64,000 nucleotides of DNA from an uncultured Chloroflexia bacterium (GCA_963748625.1 CAVVJT010000007.1:1216001-1280000), one strand, 5' to 3'. Counted from the stretch's first letter, positions 23,424 to 32,972 are shown. Notes: a model not told the origin generated them from the sequence alone. Translations and numbers: made by a program.

Positions 23424-24469
23424 GCGCGCTCACCGAGCTGCTGGCCGAGCAGGCCTGCCGGGCGGAAGACGAGCACGATCACGAGGGTGCCGAACACGAT
23501 CGCCGGGCCCCAGCGGGTGTAGCCCATGGCGGTCGCGCCGACCTCGATGAAGCCGATGATGAAGCCGCCGAGGGCCGCGCCGACGGTGTTCCCGATGCCG
23601 CCCAGGACCGCGGCCGTGAAGGCCTTGAGGCCGGCCTGGAAGCCGTCATCGAAGCGGGCGACGCCGTACTGCAGGCCGTTGACCACACCCGCGGCGCCCG
23701 CGAGGGCCGACCCGATCAGGAACGTGATCGCGATGGTCCGGTTGATGTTCACGCCCATCAGGGCGGCGGCATCGCGGTCGGCAGCGGTGGAGCGCATCGC
23801 GCGGCCGAGCCGGGTGCGTCCGATGAACAGCTGCAGGGCGATCATCAGGCCGATCGAGGTGGCGATGATGAACAGGCTCAGCACCGGGATGTCCACGTTG
23901 CCCACGGTGATCACCCAGGTGGTCGGGAAGATCTGCGGCGAGTTGGTCTGGTACGGGCCGTACCGCAGCTGGACGATGTTCTGCAGGATGAACGACACGC
24001 CGATGGCGGTGATGAGGGGCGCAAGGCGCGGAGCATTCCGCAGCGGCTTGTAGGCGAACCGCTCGATCACCACGCCGACGAGGCCCATCACGCCCATCGT
24101 GATCACGAAGGTCGCCGCCAGCATCACGATCAGGAGGGGGATGTCGTAGATCGGTCCCTCCAGGCCCAGGATCGTGCCGAGGAAGGTGAGGCTCACGAAC
24201 GCGCCCACCATGAACATGTCGCCGTGGGCGAAGTTGATCAGCTCGATGATGCCGTAGACCATCGTGTAGCCCAGGGCGATCAGCGCGTAGATCGCGCCGC
24301 GCGTCATCGCATTGATGCCCTGCTCGATGGACTGCTCGATGCCGAGATTCGCAATGGCGAGCATGGCGATCCCGAACAGGACCAGGGCGACCAGGAAGAG
24401 CCTGACCGCCTTGCCTGCCGAGGGCACACGCGCGCGCCCGGCGTCGCTGGTCGCGGGGAGTGCCGTCAT
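23420..24469 (-). CDS. livH: Branched-chain amino acid ABC permease
   Basis: YALIALGYTMVYGII.LINFAHG, KAFTAAVLGGIG, FRPAGLLG. Confidence 0.95.
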   Translation of the reverse strand: MTALPATSDAGRARVPSAGKAVRLFLVALVLFGIAMLAIANLGIEQSIEQGINAMTRGAIYALIALGYTMVYGIIELINFAHGDMFMVGAFVSLTFLGTILGLEGPIYDIPLLIVMLAATFVITMGVMGLVGVVIERFAYKPLRNAPRLAPLITAIGVSFILQNIVQLRYGPYQTNSPQIFPTTWVITVGNVDIPVLSLFIIATSIGLMIALQLFIGRTRLGRAMRSTAADRDAAALMGVNINRTIAITFLIGSALAGAAGVVNGLQYGVARFDDGFQAGLKAFTAAVLGGIGNTVGAALGGFIIGFIEVGATAMGYTRWGPAIVFGTLVIVLVFRPAGLLGQQLGERA

Positions 24470-24524
24470 CAGGTCCTCCGCTTGGATGGGGGCTTCGGGA
24501 CGGAAGGGGTGACCGGAGAGGAAA

Positions 24525-24558
24525 GGAGCCGGGGAGCCTCGAGAGGCTCCCCGGCTCC
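24525..24558 (-). terminator. Perfect hairpin between livK and livH (attenuator or mRNA stabiliser)
   Basis: GGAGCCGGGGAGCCTC-GA-GAGGCTCCCCGGCTCC, followed by TTTCC on the minus strand. Confidence 0.75.
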
Positions 24559-24585
24559 TACAGGACTACGTCCGGGTGGCCAGGC

Positions 24586-25830
24586 CTACTTGTAGTCGAC
24601 CTGGACGTCGAAGACCCAGTCGCCCGCGCCGTCGGCGGCCGTGAGGTCGACGGTGTAGAGGGAGATGATCTTCTGGCTGGTGTCGCCGACCGCGTCGAAC
24701 TTGACGGGGCCGAGGACGGTGTTGAACGTGGTGTTGGTGTCGGTGCCGGCAACGCGGACCGCCTCGCGGGTGACGTCACCCTTGGCGGCGGCGGCCTTGA
24801 TGGCGTCGAGCACGATCTGCGCGCAGGCGTAGCCGGAAGCGGAGTACGCACCGGCGTCCACGCCGTAGGCGGCCTTGTAGCGCTTGTTGAAGTCTTCCTT
24901 GCCGGGGTACTCGGCGATCGCGGCGACGGAGCTGGCGCTGTTGGCGGCAGCCGCGCCGGCGATGCTGATGAACGAGCCCGCGTTCTCCGCGGTGCCCGGG
25001 CCGTCCTGGATGCCGTCGCCGCCGAGGTACGCAACCTTGGCCGGGTCGAGACCCGCCTGCTCCATCTGCTTGCGGACGAGGCCGCCACCGGTCGCCGTGA
25101 CGCCGCCGTAGAAGACGGAATCAGGGTTCTCGGCAGCGAACTTGGTCAGGATCGCGGTGTAGTCCGTGGTGCCCTTCGGCGCGCCCTCGCGGCCGACGAC
25201 GGTCCCGCCGAGCTTCTTCCACTCGGCTTCGAACGCGTCAGCGAGGCCCTTGCCGTAGGTCTCGGTGTCGTCGATGATCGCGACCGACTTGAGGCCGAGC
25301 GTGTTCACGCCGTACTGCGCGACGGCCGGACCCTGGATGTCGTCCGTGGTGGCGACGCGGACGTAGTTGATCTTGTCCGGGTTCTTCGCGCGCAGCTCCT
25401 TGCCGGCATCACCCTTGGTGAGGTCCGGGTTGGTGTTCGCGGGCGAGCACTGGAACAGGCCGGCCTCGTTGGAGATCGGGATCTGCACCTTGGCCACGGA
25501 CGAGTTGAACGGGCCGACGACGCCGACGACCGCATCCTCCGCAATAAGGGTCTGCATGTCCTTGGCGCCCTGCTGGGGGTCATGGACACCGTTGACCGCG
25601 TGGTCGAGGACCACGGTCTCGATCTTGTAGCCGGGGATGCTGGCTTCCTTGATCGCAAGGAGCGCGCCATCACGGGCCGGTCCCGCACTGGCCAGCGCGG
25701 AGCCGGACAGCGGCAGGGTGATGCCCACCTTGAGGACCTTGTCGCCGCCTGCGCCGGTGGACCCGCCACCGCACGCACCGACGACGATGGCCGCGGCCGC
25801 TACGGCCACGCCTACACGAGCGAACTTCAT
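24586..25830 (-). CDS. livK: Branched-chain amino acid ABC substrate-binding lipoprotein
   Basis: Start MKFARVG (GGAGG RBS), lipobox VGAC, VGPFNSSVA, SPANTNP, DDTETYGKGLA. Confidence 0.92.
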   Translation of the reverse strand: MKFARVGVAVAAAAIVVGACGGGSTGAGGDKVLKVGITLPLSGSALASAGPARDGALLAIKEASIPGYKIETVVLDHAVNGVHDPQQGAKDMQTLIAEDAVVGVVGPFNSSVAKVQIPISNEAGLFQCSPANTNPDLTKGDAGKELRAKNPDKINYVRVATTDDIQGPAVAQYGVNTLGLKSVAIIDDTETYGKGLADAFEAEWKKLGGTVVGREGAPKGTTDYTAILTKFAAENPDSVFYGGVTATGGGLVRKQMEQAGLDPAKVAYLGGDGIQDGPGTAENAGSFISIAGAAAANSASSVAAIAEYPGKEDFNKRYKAAYGVDAGAYSASGYACAQIVLDAIKAAAAKGDVTREAVRVAGTDTNTTFNTVLGPVKFDAVGDTSQKIISLYTVDLTAADGAGDWVFDVQVDYK

Positions 25831-26200
25831 GAACGCCTCCTCCAATTCCCCCCGCCTCAACCCGATGGCTTCCGTAGCCCGGGCACCAGGCCGAGTCCCT
25901 GTTGTGGCCGAGGGGACGCTCGGCGCGGCGGTGACTGCGACCCGGGACGGGGGACCCATACGCCCCGTGGCAGACGCCGCGGAGCGATGCCGTATCATAG
26001 ACACTGGCGTCGGGGATGCAAGGTTGTCGTTTGCATTCATCCCCTTTGCCACTCTCGTTCGGGACGGCTGGTCTGAGCCTCGTGTCGCTCGCCTCCCGGA
26101 CGCCCCAGTCACGCGGCTGGCGCGGAGCCGCCCCACTCGAACGGCAACTCGTCGTGGGACCCGCGTCCGACCGCATGCTGCACGAGGTCGAAACCACGGC

Positions 26201-26659
26201 GTGGAGTACCAGATCCGTCCGGCTCGCATCACGGATATCGATCGCCTGGCCGCCATCGGCCGCGCCGCGATGTCCGGGGCAGGTCACGGAACGCTCGATG
26301 CCGCGGACCTGCTCCGGCAGCTTGTCTACTTGCCGAACGCGAGCCTGTTCGTCGCCGAGTCGCGGCGCGAGGTCGCGGGGGGAGCCCTGCTCGTCCTGCG
26401 CCCGTCCGTGACCGCCGGCGGCTACGTCGGGACGATCGACTTCATGGTCGTCGCCCCCGACCATGATCAGGATCGCGTGACGGATGCCCTCATGGAGGAG
26501 CTGGTCCGGTCCGCGGGCAACAAGGGTTGCACCACGGTCGAGATCGCGCAGCCCTCCAACCCTGCCGACCTCGCGCGCATGCAGCGCGCAGGGTTCGGCG
26601 CCGCCGGGCCTGTGCTCCGGCGGCCCCTTCCGGCGGCAGGCACGGCCCGCCGGCTCTAG
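26201..26659 (+). CDS. GNAT-family acetyltransferase-like protein
   Basis: YQIRPA..TDID, LFVAE, GTIDFMVVAPD; acetyl-CoA motif A is degenerate. Confidence 0.7.
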   Translation: MEYQIRPARITDIDRLAAIGRAAMSGAGHGTLDAADLLRQLVYLPNASLFVAESRREVAGGALLVLRPSVTAGGYVGTIDFMVVAPDHDQDRVTDALMEELVRSAGNKGCTTVEIAQPSNPADLARMQRAGFGAAGPVLRRPLPAAGTARRL

Positions 26660-26713
26660 CGCCCCCAGGGGCGGCCGGGCAGTGATCCGGATCGCCACCA
26701 CAGAGGAGTCATC

Positions 26714-28915
26714 GTGGGGAAGAACGTCGCCGTCTTCGTGGACGTGGCGAACATCTTCTACGCGGCCAAAGCGGCCGGTGTGGATATCGACTACGTCACG
26801 CTGCTGAAGTCGGCCACCGCCGGACGTGATTTCGTCCGTGCGTATGCCTATACCGGGCTCGACCCGGACAACGAGAACCAGCGCAACTTCCACCAGTTCC
26901 TCGCCCGCCACCAGTACAAGGTGGTCAGCAAGGACATCCGCAAGTACGGCGACGGCAAGGTCAAGGCGAACCTCGACATCGAGCTCGTCGTCGACATGAT
27001 GAAGACGGCCCGCAACCTGGATGTGGCCGTGGTCGTGTCGGGTGACGGGGACTTCGCGCCCGCGATCCGCGCCGTCCAGGAGATGGGCGTCCGCGTCGAG
27101 GTCATCAGCTTCCGCGGCAACACGTCATCCGACCTCATGGAGGTCGCGGACCTGTTCACCGACATCTCCCACATCGCCAAGGTGGACAAGGGTTCGTCGC
27201 GCTCCGGGCGCCGTGTCTCGGACGACGACGAGGACCTGTCGATGACCGAGGTCCCCGACAAGATGACCGAGGGCACCGGCCGTGGCCGTGGCCGTGGCCG
27301 TGGCCGGGGTCGGGGTGAGGACCGCGAGGAGTCGCGTGAGACGCGGACCCGCGGTCGCGGGCGGACCACACGCTCCGAGGAGCGCGAGGAGGTCACCCCG
27401 GTCGCGCCGGTCGGGACGGCCGGCGGCCGCCTCGTCGCCCTGCCGGGCGAGAAGCTGTCGCGCGCCACGTCGGCTGCTGTCGATGAGATCGACGAGGTCG
27501 AGGAGCTCGACGAGACCGCCGCGGAGGGCACCGAGGGTGTCGAGGGCGAGCTCGAGGGCGAGGGTGACGCCCAGCGCCGCCGCCGCCGCCGCCGCGGTGG
27601 TCGCGGCCGGGGTCGTGGCCGGCGGGACGAGGGGGAGCTCGAGGCCGGTGCCGAGGGTGAGGTCGTCGAGGGCGACGAGAGCGCCGTCGCCGCTGCCGCC
27701 GACGAGGCGGACGAGGAGGAGGACGAGGACGAGGCTGTCGCCCAGGACGAGGCCTCCGAGGACGCCGAGCCCCAGGCGGCCAAGGCGCGCCCGGCCCGCA
27801 CCGACCGCGGTGGTCGTGGCAGCCCGAGCCGCACGCCTTCGGGTGAGCTGCCCACGCCGTTCGACGACATCGAGGCGCTGGCGGCTCCGCGGGCACCCCG
27901 GTCCACGCCGTTCGGGTCGGTCTGGGATCGCCAGATCGGCACGCCGGCCGCGCGGCCGGCTGCAAGCACTGCGCCGCTTGACGACGAGGAGGACCTCGAA
28001 GAGCCCGAGATCCCGGAGTACCTGCTGGCGGAGCGCCGGCGTGGTCAGGGTGGCCAGGGCAATCGCGGTGGCCAGGGCGGCAATCGCGGTGGGCGCGGCG
28101 GGCGCGGTGGCGCGTACGCGGCGGCCATCGAGCGCGAGCGCTACGGCGGCGCGCGCGGCAGTGGCACCACCACCAGCCGGTACGGCGAGCCCAACCGTGG
28201 CGGCCCGCAGGGCGGCCGTGGTGATGGCCCGCAGGGCGGCCGTGGTGGCACCCCGCAGGGTGGCCGCAGCGGAGCCGCACCGCGACCGCGCAGCGATCGG
28301 CAGGAACGACCTGACCGCGCTCCGCGACCCAGCGGTGGCGCTGAGTGGAGCGAGGTTCCGCCGGAGCTCGAGGCGATGCTCCTTGCGCAGATGAGCACCA
28401 AGGCCCCGGAGCGCACGCGCCGGCCCGCTCCTGCCGCCGGGACCGCTGCCGAGGCACCCGCCGCGGCCGCGCCGAAGCGCCGGACGACCCGCAAGGCCGC
28501 CCCGGCCGCCGAGGCCCAGGCCCCGGTGGTCCCCGCCGAGACCGCTGCCGAGGCACCCGCCGCGGCCGCGCCGAAGCGCCGGACGACCCGCAAGGCCGCC
28601 CCGGCCGCCGAGGCCCAGGCCCCGGTGGTCCCCGCCGAGACCGCTGCCGAGGCACCCGCCGCGGCCGCGCCGAAGCGCCGGACGACCCGCAAGGCCGCCC
28701 CGGCCGCCGAGGCCCAGGCCCCGGTGGTCCCCGCCGAGACCGCTGCCGAGGCACCCGCCGCGGCCGCGCCGAAGCGCCGGACGACCCGCAAGGCCGCCCC
28801 GGCCGCCGAGGCCCAGGCCCCGGTGGTCCCCGCCGAGACCGCTGCCGAGGCACCCGCCGCGGCCGCGCCGAAGCGCCGGACGACCCGCAAGGCCGCCCCG
28901 GCCGCCGAGGGCTGA
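26714..28915 (+). CDS. NYN (LabA/DUF88) domain protein with a long disordered C-terminus
   Basis: VFVDVANI, KANLDIELVVD, SGDGDF..AI...G.RVEV..F..SSDL...AD.F in the first ~160 aa; then acidic, RG-rich and repeat tracts. Confidence 0.92.
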   Translation: MGKNVAVFVDVANIFYAAKAAGVDIDYVTLLKSATAGRDFVRAYAYTGLDPDNENQRNFHQFLARHQYKVVSKDIRKYGDGKVKANLDIELVVDMMKTARNLDVAVVVSGDGDFAPAIRAVQEMGVRVEVISFRGNTSSDLMEVADLFTDISHIAKVDKGSSRSGRRVSDDDEDLSMTEVPDKMTEGTGRGRGRGRGRGRGEDREESRETRTRGRGRTTRSEEREEVTPVAPVGTAGGRLVALPGEKLSRATSAAVDEIDEVEELDETAAEGTEGVEGELEGEGDAQRRRRRRRGGRGRGRGRRDEGELEAGAEGEVVEGDESAVAAAADEADEEEDEDEAVAQDEASEDAEPQAAKARPARTDRGGRGSPSRTPSGELPTPFDDIEALAAPRAPRSTPFGSVWDRQIGTPAARPAASTAPLDDEEDLEEPEIPEYLLAERRRGQGGQGNRGGQGGNRGGRGGRGGAYAAAIERERYGGARGSGTTTSRYGEPNRGGPQGGRGDGPQGGRGGTPQGGRSGAAPRPRSDRQERPDRAPRPSGGAEWSEVPPELEAMLLAQMSTKAPERTRRPAPAAGTAAEAPAAAAPKRRTTRKAAPAAEAQAPVVPAETAAEAPAAAAPKRRTTRKAAPAAEAQAPVVPAETAAEAPAAAAPKRRTTRKAAPAAEAQAPVVPAETAAEAPAAAAPKRRTTRKAAPAAEAQAPVVPAETAAEAPAAAAPKRRTTRKAAPAAEG
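28441..28910 (+). repeat. 99-bp coding tandem repeat (~4.7 identical copies)
   Basis: Units start at 28441, 28540, 28639, 28738 and 28837, each encoding TAAEAPAAAAPKRRTTRKAAPAAEAQAPVVPAE. Confidence 0.95.
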
Positions 28916-28940
28916 CCCTCCGCATCGGGGACGATCTGAC

Positions 28941-30158
28941 GTGGACGGCTTCCTGACCGTCGGCCAGCCGGCCGCGGTGGCGGCCGTCCACGCCATGCTC
29001 GGGTCCCACGTGCCGCACGCCGTGCTCCTGGTGGGGCCAGCGTCCGTGGGCAAGATGTCGCTGGCGATGGACCTCGCCGCGGGGCTCCTGTGCACCGGAG
29101 CCTCCGGCGGGGAACGTCCGTGCCGATCCTGCCGGACGTGCCGGATGGTCGAGCATGGCAACCACCCGGACCTCCATCTCATCGCGCCGTCGGGTGACGG
29201 CAACCAGATCAGGATCGGCGAGCCGCTGAACCCCGATCCGGGCACCGTCCGCCGCCTGATCGGCGATCTTGCGCTCCTGCCCGTCGAGGGCGGCGAGCGG
29301 GTGGCGATCATCCGTGACGCCCACCGCATGTTCGAGACGGCCCAATCGGCCTTCCTCAAGACGCTCGAGGAGCCACCGGCCTCCACCACGATCCTGCTCC
29401 TCACCGACGACGAGGAGCAGATGCTGCCCACCATCCGCTCGCGCTCGGCCCGGATCCGCCTCGGGAGCGTGGGGTCCCGCGAGATCGAGCAGCTCATCTC
29501 CGGGCGGGGCTTGGCCGACGCGCCGACCTCCGCGCGCCTGGCGCGCCTCGCCGGAGGCCGCCCAGGCCTTGCCGTCGCCTATGCCCGTGATCCGGAGGCC
29601 GAGCGGATCCGCCTGGAGATTGCACGGACCATCCTGGATCTGCTCGGGCAACGCCGTTCCGATGGCCTGCTCGCTGCCAAGGGCCTGCTCGCTGGAGCGA
29701 TGGACCTGGCCCGCAGGCTCGAGCTGCCCGCCGCACCCATGGCCGACGCGCCGCGGGGCAGGGGCAAAGGCCGCGGTAGGGGGGCCGGCGTCCCCGCGGC
29801 GGCCGCGCCAGCTGCCGCTGGTGGCGATGTGGAGCCGGCTGACGAGGATGACGCCGGCACGTCGGGCAGGAAGGCGACCGCCGCCGACCGCCGTCGGGCG
29901 CTGACGCTGCTTCTCACCGTGTGGCGGGACCTCGCGCGGGACCTGGCGATGGTCCAGCGCGGTGCCACGCTGTCGGTGCGCCAGGTGGGCATGCTCGAGG
30001 AGCTCGAGGCGGTCGCGCGCCGCTTCGGACCCGACGGCACGACGCCGTTCATCGCCCGCCTGATCCGCGCCGACGAGCTCGTGGCCGGCAACGCCAGCCC
30101 GGAGCTGGTGCTTGACGTGCTCCTCCTCCGGTGGGTGTCGGGAGCGCGGGCCGCGTGA
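28941..30158 (+). CDS. holB: DNA polymerase III delta' subunit
   Basis: HAVLLVGP..VGK, C..PC.SC.TC, HPDL, LKTLEEPP, LPTIRSR. Confidence 0.92.
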   Translation: MDGFLTVGQPAAVAAVHAMLGSHVPHAVLLVGPASVGKMSLAMDLAAGLLCTGASGGERPCRSCRTCRMVEHGNHPDLHLIAPSGDGNQIRIGEPLNPDPGTVRRLIGDLALLPVEGGERVAIIRDAHRMFETAQSAFLKTLEEPPASTTILLLTDDEEQMLPTIRSRSARIRLGSVGSREIEQLISGRGLADAPTSARLARLAGGRPGLAVAYARDPEAERIRLEIARTILDLLGQRRSDGLLAAKGLLAGAMDLARRLELPAAPMADAPRGRGKGRGRGAGVPAAAAPAAAGGDVEPADEDDAGTSGRKATAADRRRALTLLLTVWRDLARDLAMVQRGATLSVRQVGMLEELEAVARRFGPDGTTPFIARLIRADELVAGNASPELVLDVLLLRWVSGARAA

Positions 30159-30451
30159 GCGTGGAGCGCCTGGACGCCACGGTCCGCGGGCGCGTCCAGG
30201 GGGTGGGCTACCGGGTCTTCGCGCTCCGTGAGGCGGAATACCTGGGCCTCAGCGGCCAGGTGGCCAACATGGCCGACGGGTCGGTGCATGTCATCGCCGA
30301 AGGGCCCCGCGCCGACCTCGATGCCCTCCTGGAGCGGCTGGAGGCAGGGCCGCCCGCGGGCATCGTGGAGCGCGTGATCACCCGCTGGGAGCCGGCCCGC
30401 GGCATGGCGCCCGGGTTCCGCATCGAGATCGGCGCACACCGGGGCGACTGA
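30155..30451 (+). CDS. Acylphosphatase
   Basis: VRGRVQGVGYR, G.VAN..DGSV.V.AEG, GPP; GTG overlaps the holB stop. Confidence 0.92.
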   Translation: MSVERLDATVRGRVQGVGYRVFALREAEYLGLSGQVANMADGSVHVIAEGPRADLDALLERLEAGPPAGIVERVITRWEPARGMAPGFRIEIGAHRGD

Positions 30452-30579
30452 CGGCCGGCAGGTCCATGGCGGGCGCCCGCGCGTGCCCGCCTGCCGCCGG
30501 GTGGCCGGTACTCCCAGCGCCTCGACCCGGTACCACCCTCCCATTCCGCGCGGTGCAGCCGCAGGGCACGCTGCGGGGG

Positions 30580-30891
30580 ATGGACCGCAACCCTGCCGAC
30601 GAGCTCCCCGATCTGTACCGCAAGGTGCTCGACGCGCTGGCCCGCCTCGAGGCGGCCGGTGATCGGACCGCTGCCTACGACCTGCGCCTGCGCGCCCACC
30701 GCACCTATGCGACGCGCTGGGATGAGGGTGGCCGCCGAACGCTGCACCGGATCGCACGCGATGCCGAGGCCAGGCTGGCGTCAGGCCGCCGCACGATGCC
30801 GTCCCGGGCGCTCGCCGCGGCCGCACCCGCCTGGCGCCGCCGCCCGAGCCGCGTAGCCGCATCTGCGCCGCACCGCACCCGAGCCGCGTAG
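30580..30891 (+). CDS. Small helical hypothetical protein
   Basis: MDRNPADELPDLYRKVLD...; CACGCT 6 nt upstream of the ATG. Confidence 0.6.
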   Translation: MDRNPADELPDLYRKVLDALARLEAAGDRTAAYDLRLRAHRTYATRWDEGGRRTLHRIARDAEARLASGRRTMPSRALAAAAPAWRRRPSRVAASAPHRTRAA

Positions 30892-30961
30892 CCCGCATCT
30901 GCGCCGCACCGCACCCGAGCCGCGTAGCCCGCATCTGCGCCGCACCGCACCCGCGCCGCGT
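30843..30961. repeat. 36-bp tandem repeat (~3.3 copies)
   Basis: CCGAGCCGCGTAGCCCGCATCTGCGCCGCACCGCAC; first copy is 1 nt shorter; no spacers. Confidence 0.9.
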
Positions 30962-31014
30962 CGTCTGCGCCCGTATCCGACGCCGGCCGCCCGGCGTGCC
31001 GTACGCTGGGCCCG

Positions 31015-31314
31015 ATGACCACCTCCGTCGCCGATTGCATCACCCGCGCCCTGGCGGGCTTCGACACGCTCGCCACGATCGCTGAGCCGGTCGAGGACGA
31101 GTGGCAGTACGTCACCGACCTCGGAACGGTGTGGAAGGCGCGCCTGACCGCGGTCATCGAGGCGCGCGGAGCCGAGGAGGCACCTGCGGGCGTTGATGCG
31201 GCCATCGACGCCCTCGTCGCCGAGGCGGGCGCGATCACCGATCCGCACAGGGCCATCGACTGGCTGTCCACCCTGCCGCAGGTGACCCTGGCCGCTCTGG
31301 GCGAGGCCGCCTGA
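31015..31314 (+). CDS. Hypothetical protein
   Basis: 99 aa, EDEWQYVTDL and DPHRAIDWLSTLP; TACGCT upstream; TGATG-coupled to the next gene. Confidence 0.75.
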   Translation: MTTSVADCITRALAGFDTLATIAEPVEDEWQYVTDLGTVWKARLTAVIEARGAEEAPAGVDAAIDALVAEAGAITDPHRAIDWLSTLPQVTLAALGEAA

Positions 31315-32000
31315 TGCGTTTCCAGGACGCCAAGCCCGATGGCCGCGCGGTCGTCTACGCCCACATCCAGGCTGATCCGCTGGTCGCGCGCGCAGCCGGC
31401 CTGCTGACCGACGCCACGACAACGCAGCGCCTGCTCGCCCGGGCCGTGATGAACGGCGAGAGCCTGGATCCGGACGCCTGGCGCACGATGTTCCCCACGC
31501 TCTTCGGCCCTGCCGCACCCGCGCCCGGTGACCCGGTTCGCGACCGTTCGGAGGCCGTCCTCGCCGTCTCGCTGGAGGTGGCCGACCGGGGCGACCAGGT
31601 CCGCTCCCAGTTCCGCGGCGCGCTCGTCGAGGCAGTCACGGAGCGCCTCCTGGCTGTGCGCACCGGTCCCGTCCGGCGCGAGCGCCGCGTCCTCTTCGAC
31701 GGGCGCCCGACGGAGATCCACCCGTACGACGTGACCGTTGAGCGCGAGGGCGCCGCGGAGGCATGGGACTGCAAGTGGGGCGCGCGGGGCATCAAGGCCG
31801 ATGTGATCCACCAGCTCGACGACGCGCGCCGCGGTGCGGTCGAGGAGGGCGGCCGGCTCCTCGTGGGCCTGGTGGTCTTCGACGCACGCCGTTCCTGCGA
31901 GGTGCGGCTGGTGCGTGAGAAGGGCCCGGTGGGGCTGGAGGGCCTCAAGCTCATCGCCCTCGAGGGGCTCGACCGGCTCGCCGGGCGCAAGCTCGCGTGA
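31314..32000 (+). CDS. Hypothetical protein with a PD-(D/E)xK-like motif
   Basis: E..T..LL...PYDVTVE....EAWDCKWG; coupled within an operon. Confidence 0.7.
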   Translation: MRFQDAKPDGRAVVYAHIQADPLVARAAGLLTDATTTQRLLARAVMNGESLDPDAWRTMFPTLFGPAAPAPGDPVRDRSEAVLAVSLEVADRGDQVRSQFRGALVEAVTERLLAVRTGPVRRERRVLFDGRPTEIHPYDVTVEREGAAEAWDCKWGARGIKADVIHQLDDARRGAVEEGGRLLVGLVVFDARRSCEVRLVREKGPVGLEGLKLIALEGLDRLAGRKLA

Positions 32001-32816
32001 GCCCGGACGTGGGCGACCGGTCTGGCGGTGTCGGCGAAGGACCGGGAACTGGCGACAGGCCAGTCGGCGGAATCACCGTGCCCTACCGGGTCCGCTTCGA
32101 CGAGTGTGGCCCGGACGGCATGGCCCGATCCGCCTCGCTCCTGCGCTACGCCCAGGACGTCGCCTGGATCCACTCCGAAGCCCTGGGCTTCAGCCGCGAG
32201 TGGTACGACGCGAAGGGTCTCGCGTGGGTCGTCCGCGCCGCTGAGCTGGCTGTCGTCGCGCCGATCCCGTCGGGTGTGACCGTGCAGGTCTCGACGGCGG
32301 TGGTCGGGTTCCGGCGGGTCTGGTCTCGCCGCCGCACTGAGGCCCGGTTCGAGGATGGGACGCCGGCGTTCTGGGCCCACACGGACTTCGTCATGCTCGA
32401 CCTGGCCCGCGGGATGCCCGGACGGGTGCCGGAGGACTTCCCGGCCGCCTTCGCGGTCCCGCCCGGCAGCTTCGAGCCCGGGCGCGTGTCCCTGCCCGTC
32501 ACGCCCGGGCATGCCACGCGTGCTCCGCTCCGCCGTGCAGGCGCGTGACATCGATCCGATGGGGCATGTGAACAACACGGTCTACCTCGACTATCTCGAG
32601 GAGGCGGTCCGTGCGTCGGGTCCCGACGGGACGGACACCCTGGCCCGCGTTCCGCGGCGGTTCCGCCTGGAGTACCTGGTGGCCGCGGAGGCCGGTGACG
32701 ACCTGGCCGCGGCTGTCTGGGCGTTGGGCGACGAGGCTGACGACGGGGCCGGCTGGGCATGGCGCCTGGCTGACGCGACGGATCGGGAGCTTGCGCGCGG
32801 CCTCGTGACCGGCTGA
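31997..32816 (+). pseudogene. Acyl-ACP thioesterase (double hotdog fold), frameshifted near 32510-32530
   Basis: Frame 1: YRVRFDEC.PDG..LLRYAQD..WVVR. Frame +1: DIDPMGHVNNTVYLDYLEE..LEY. May be a sequencing error. Confidence 0.8.
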
Positions 32817-32972
32817 CCTCGAGGTCCCCCGGACCCACGGGGGACTATCGGGCCATGACCTTGGTCCCGCCCGTGCGGTGCGCGAAGGAAACGCCGTGCG
32901 GCACCGCGAGGGGCGCCGGGACCTTCGGTTCATAGGCGACCCATTCCGGGCTGCCTACCGTCCGGGGTACAG

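Noticed and set aside
28441-28910. Possible CRISPR array
   Set aside because: In-frame coding repeat with identical units and no spacers.
27125-29651. Long minus-strand repeat-containing ORFs (790 and 752 aa)
   Set aside because: Shadows of the NYN protein and holB.
30843-30961. Possible CRISPR array (36-bp repeats)
   Set aside because: Units are contiguous with no unique spacers, and no cas genes are present.
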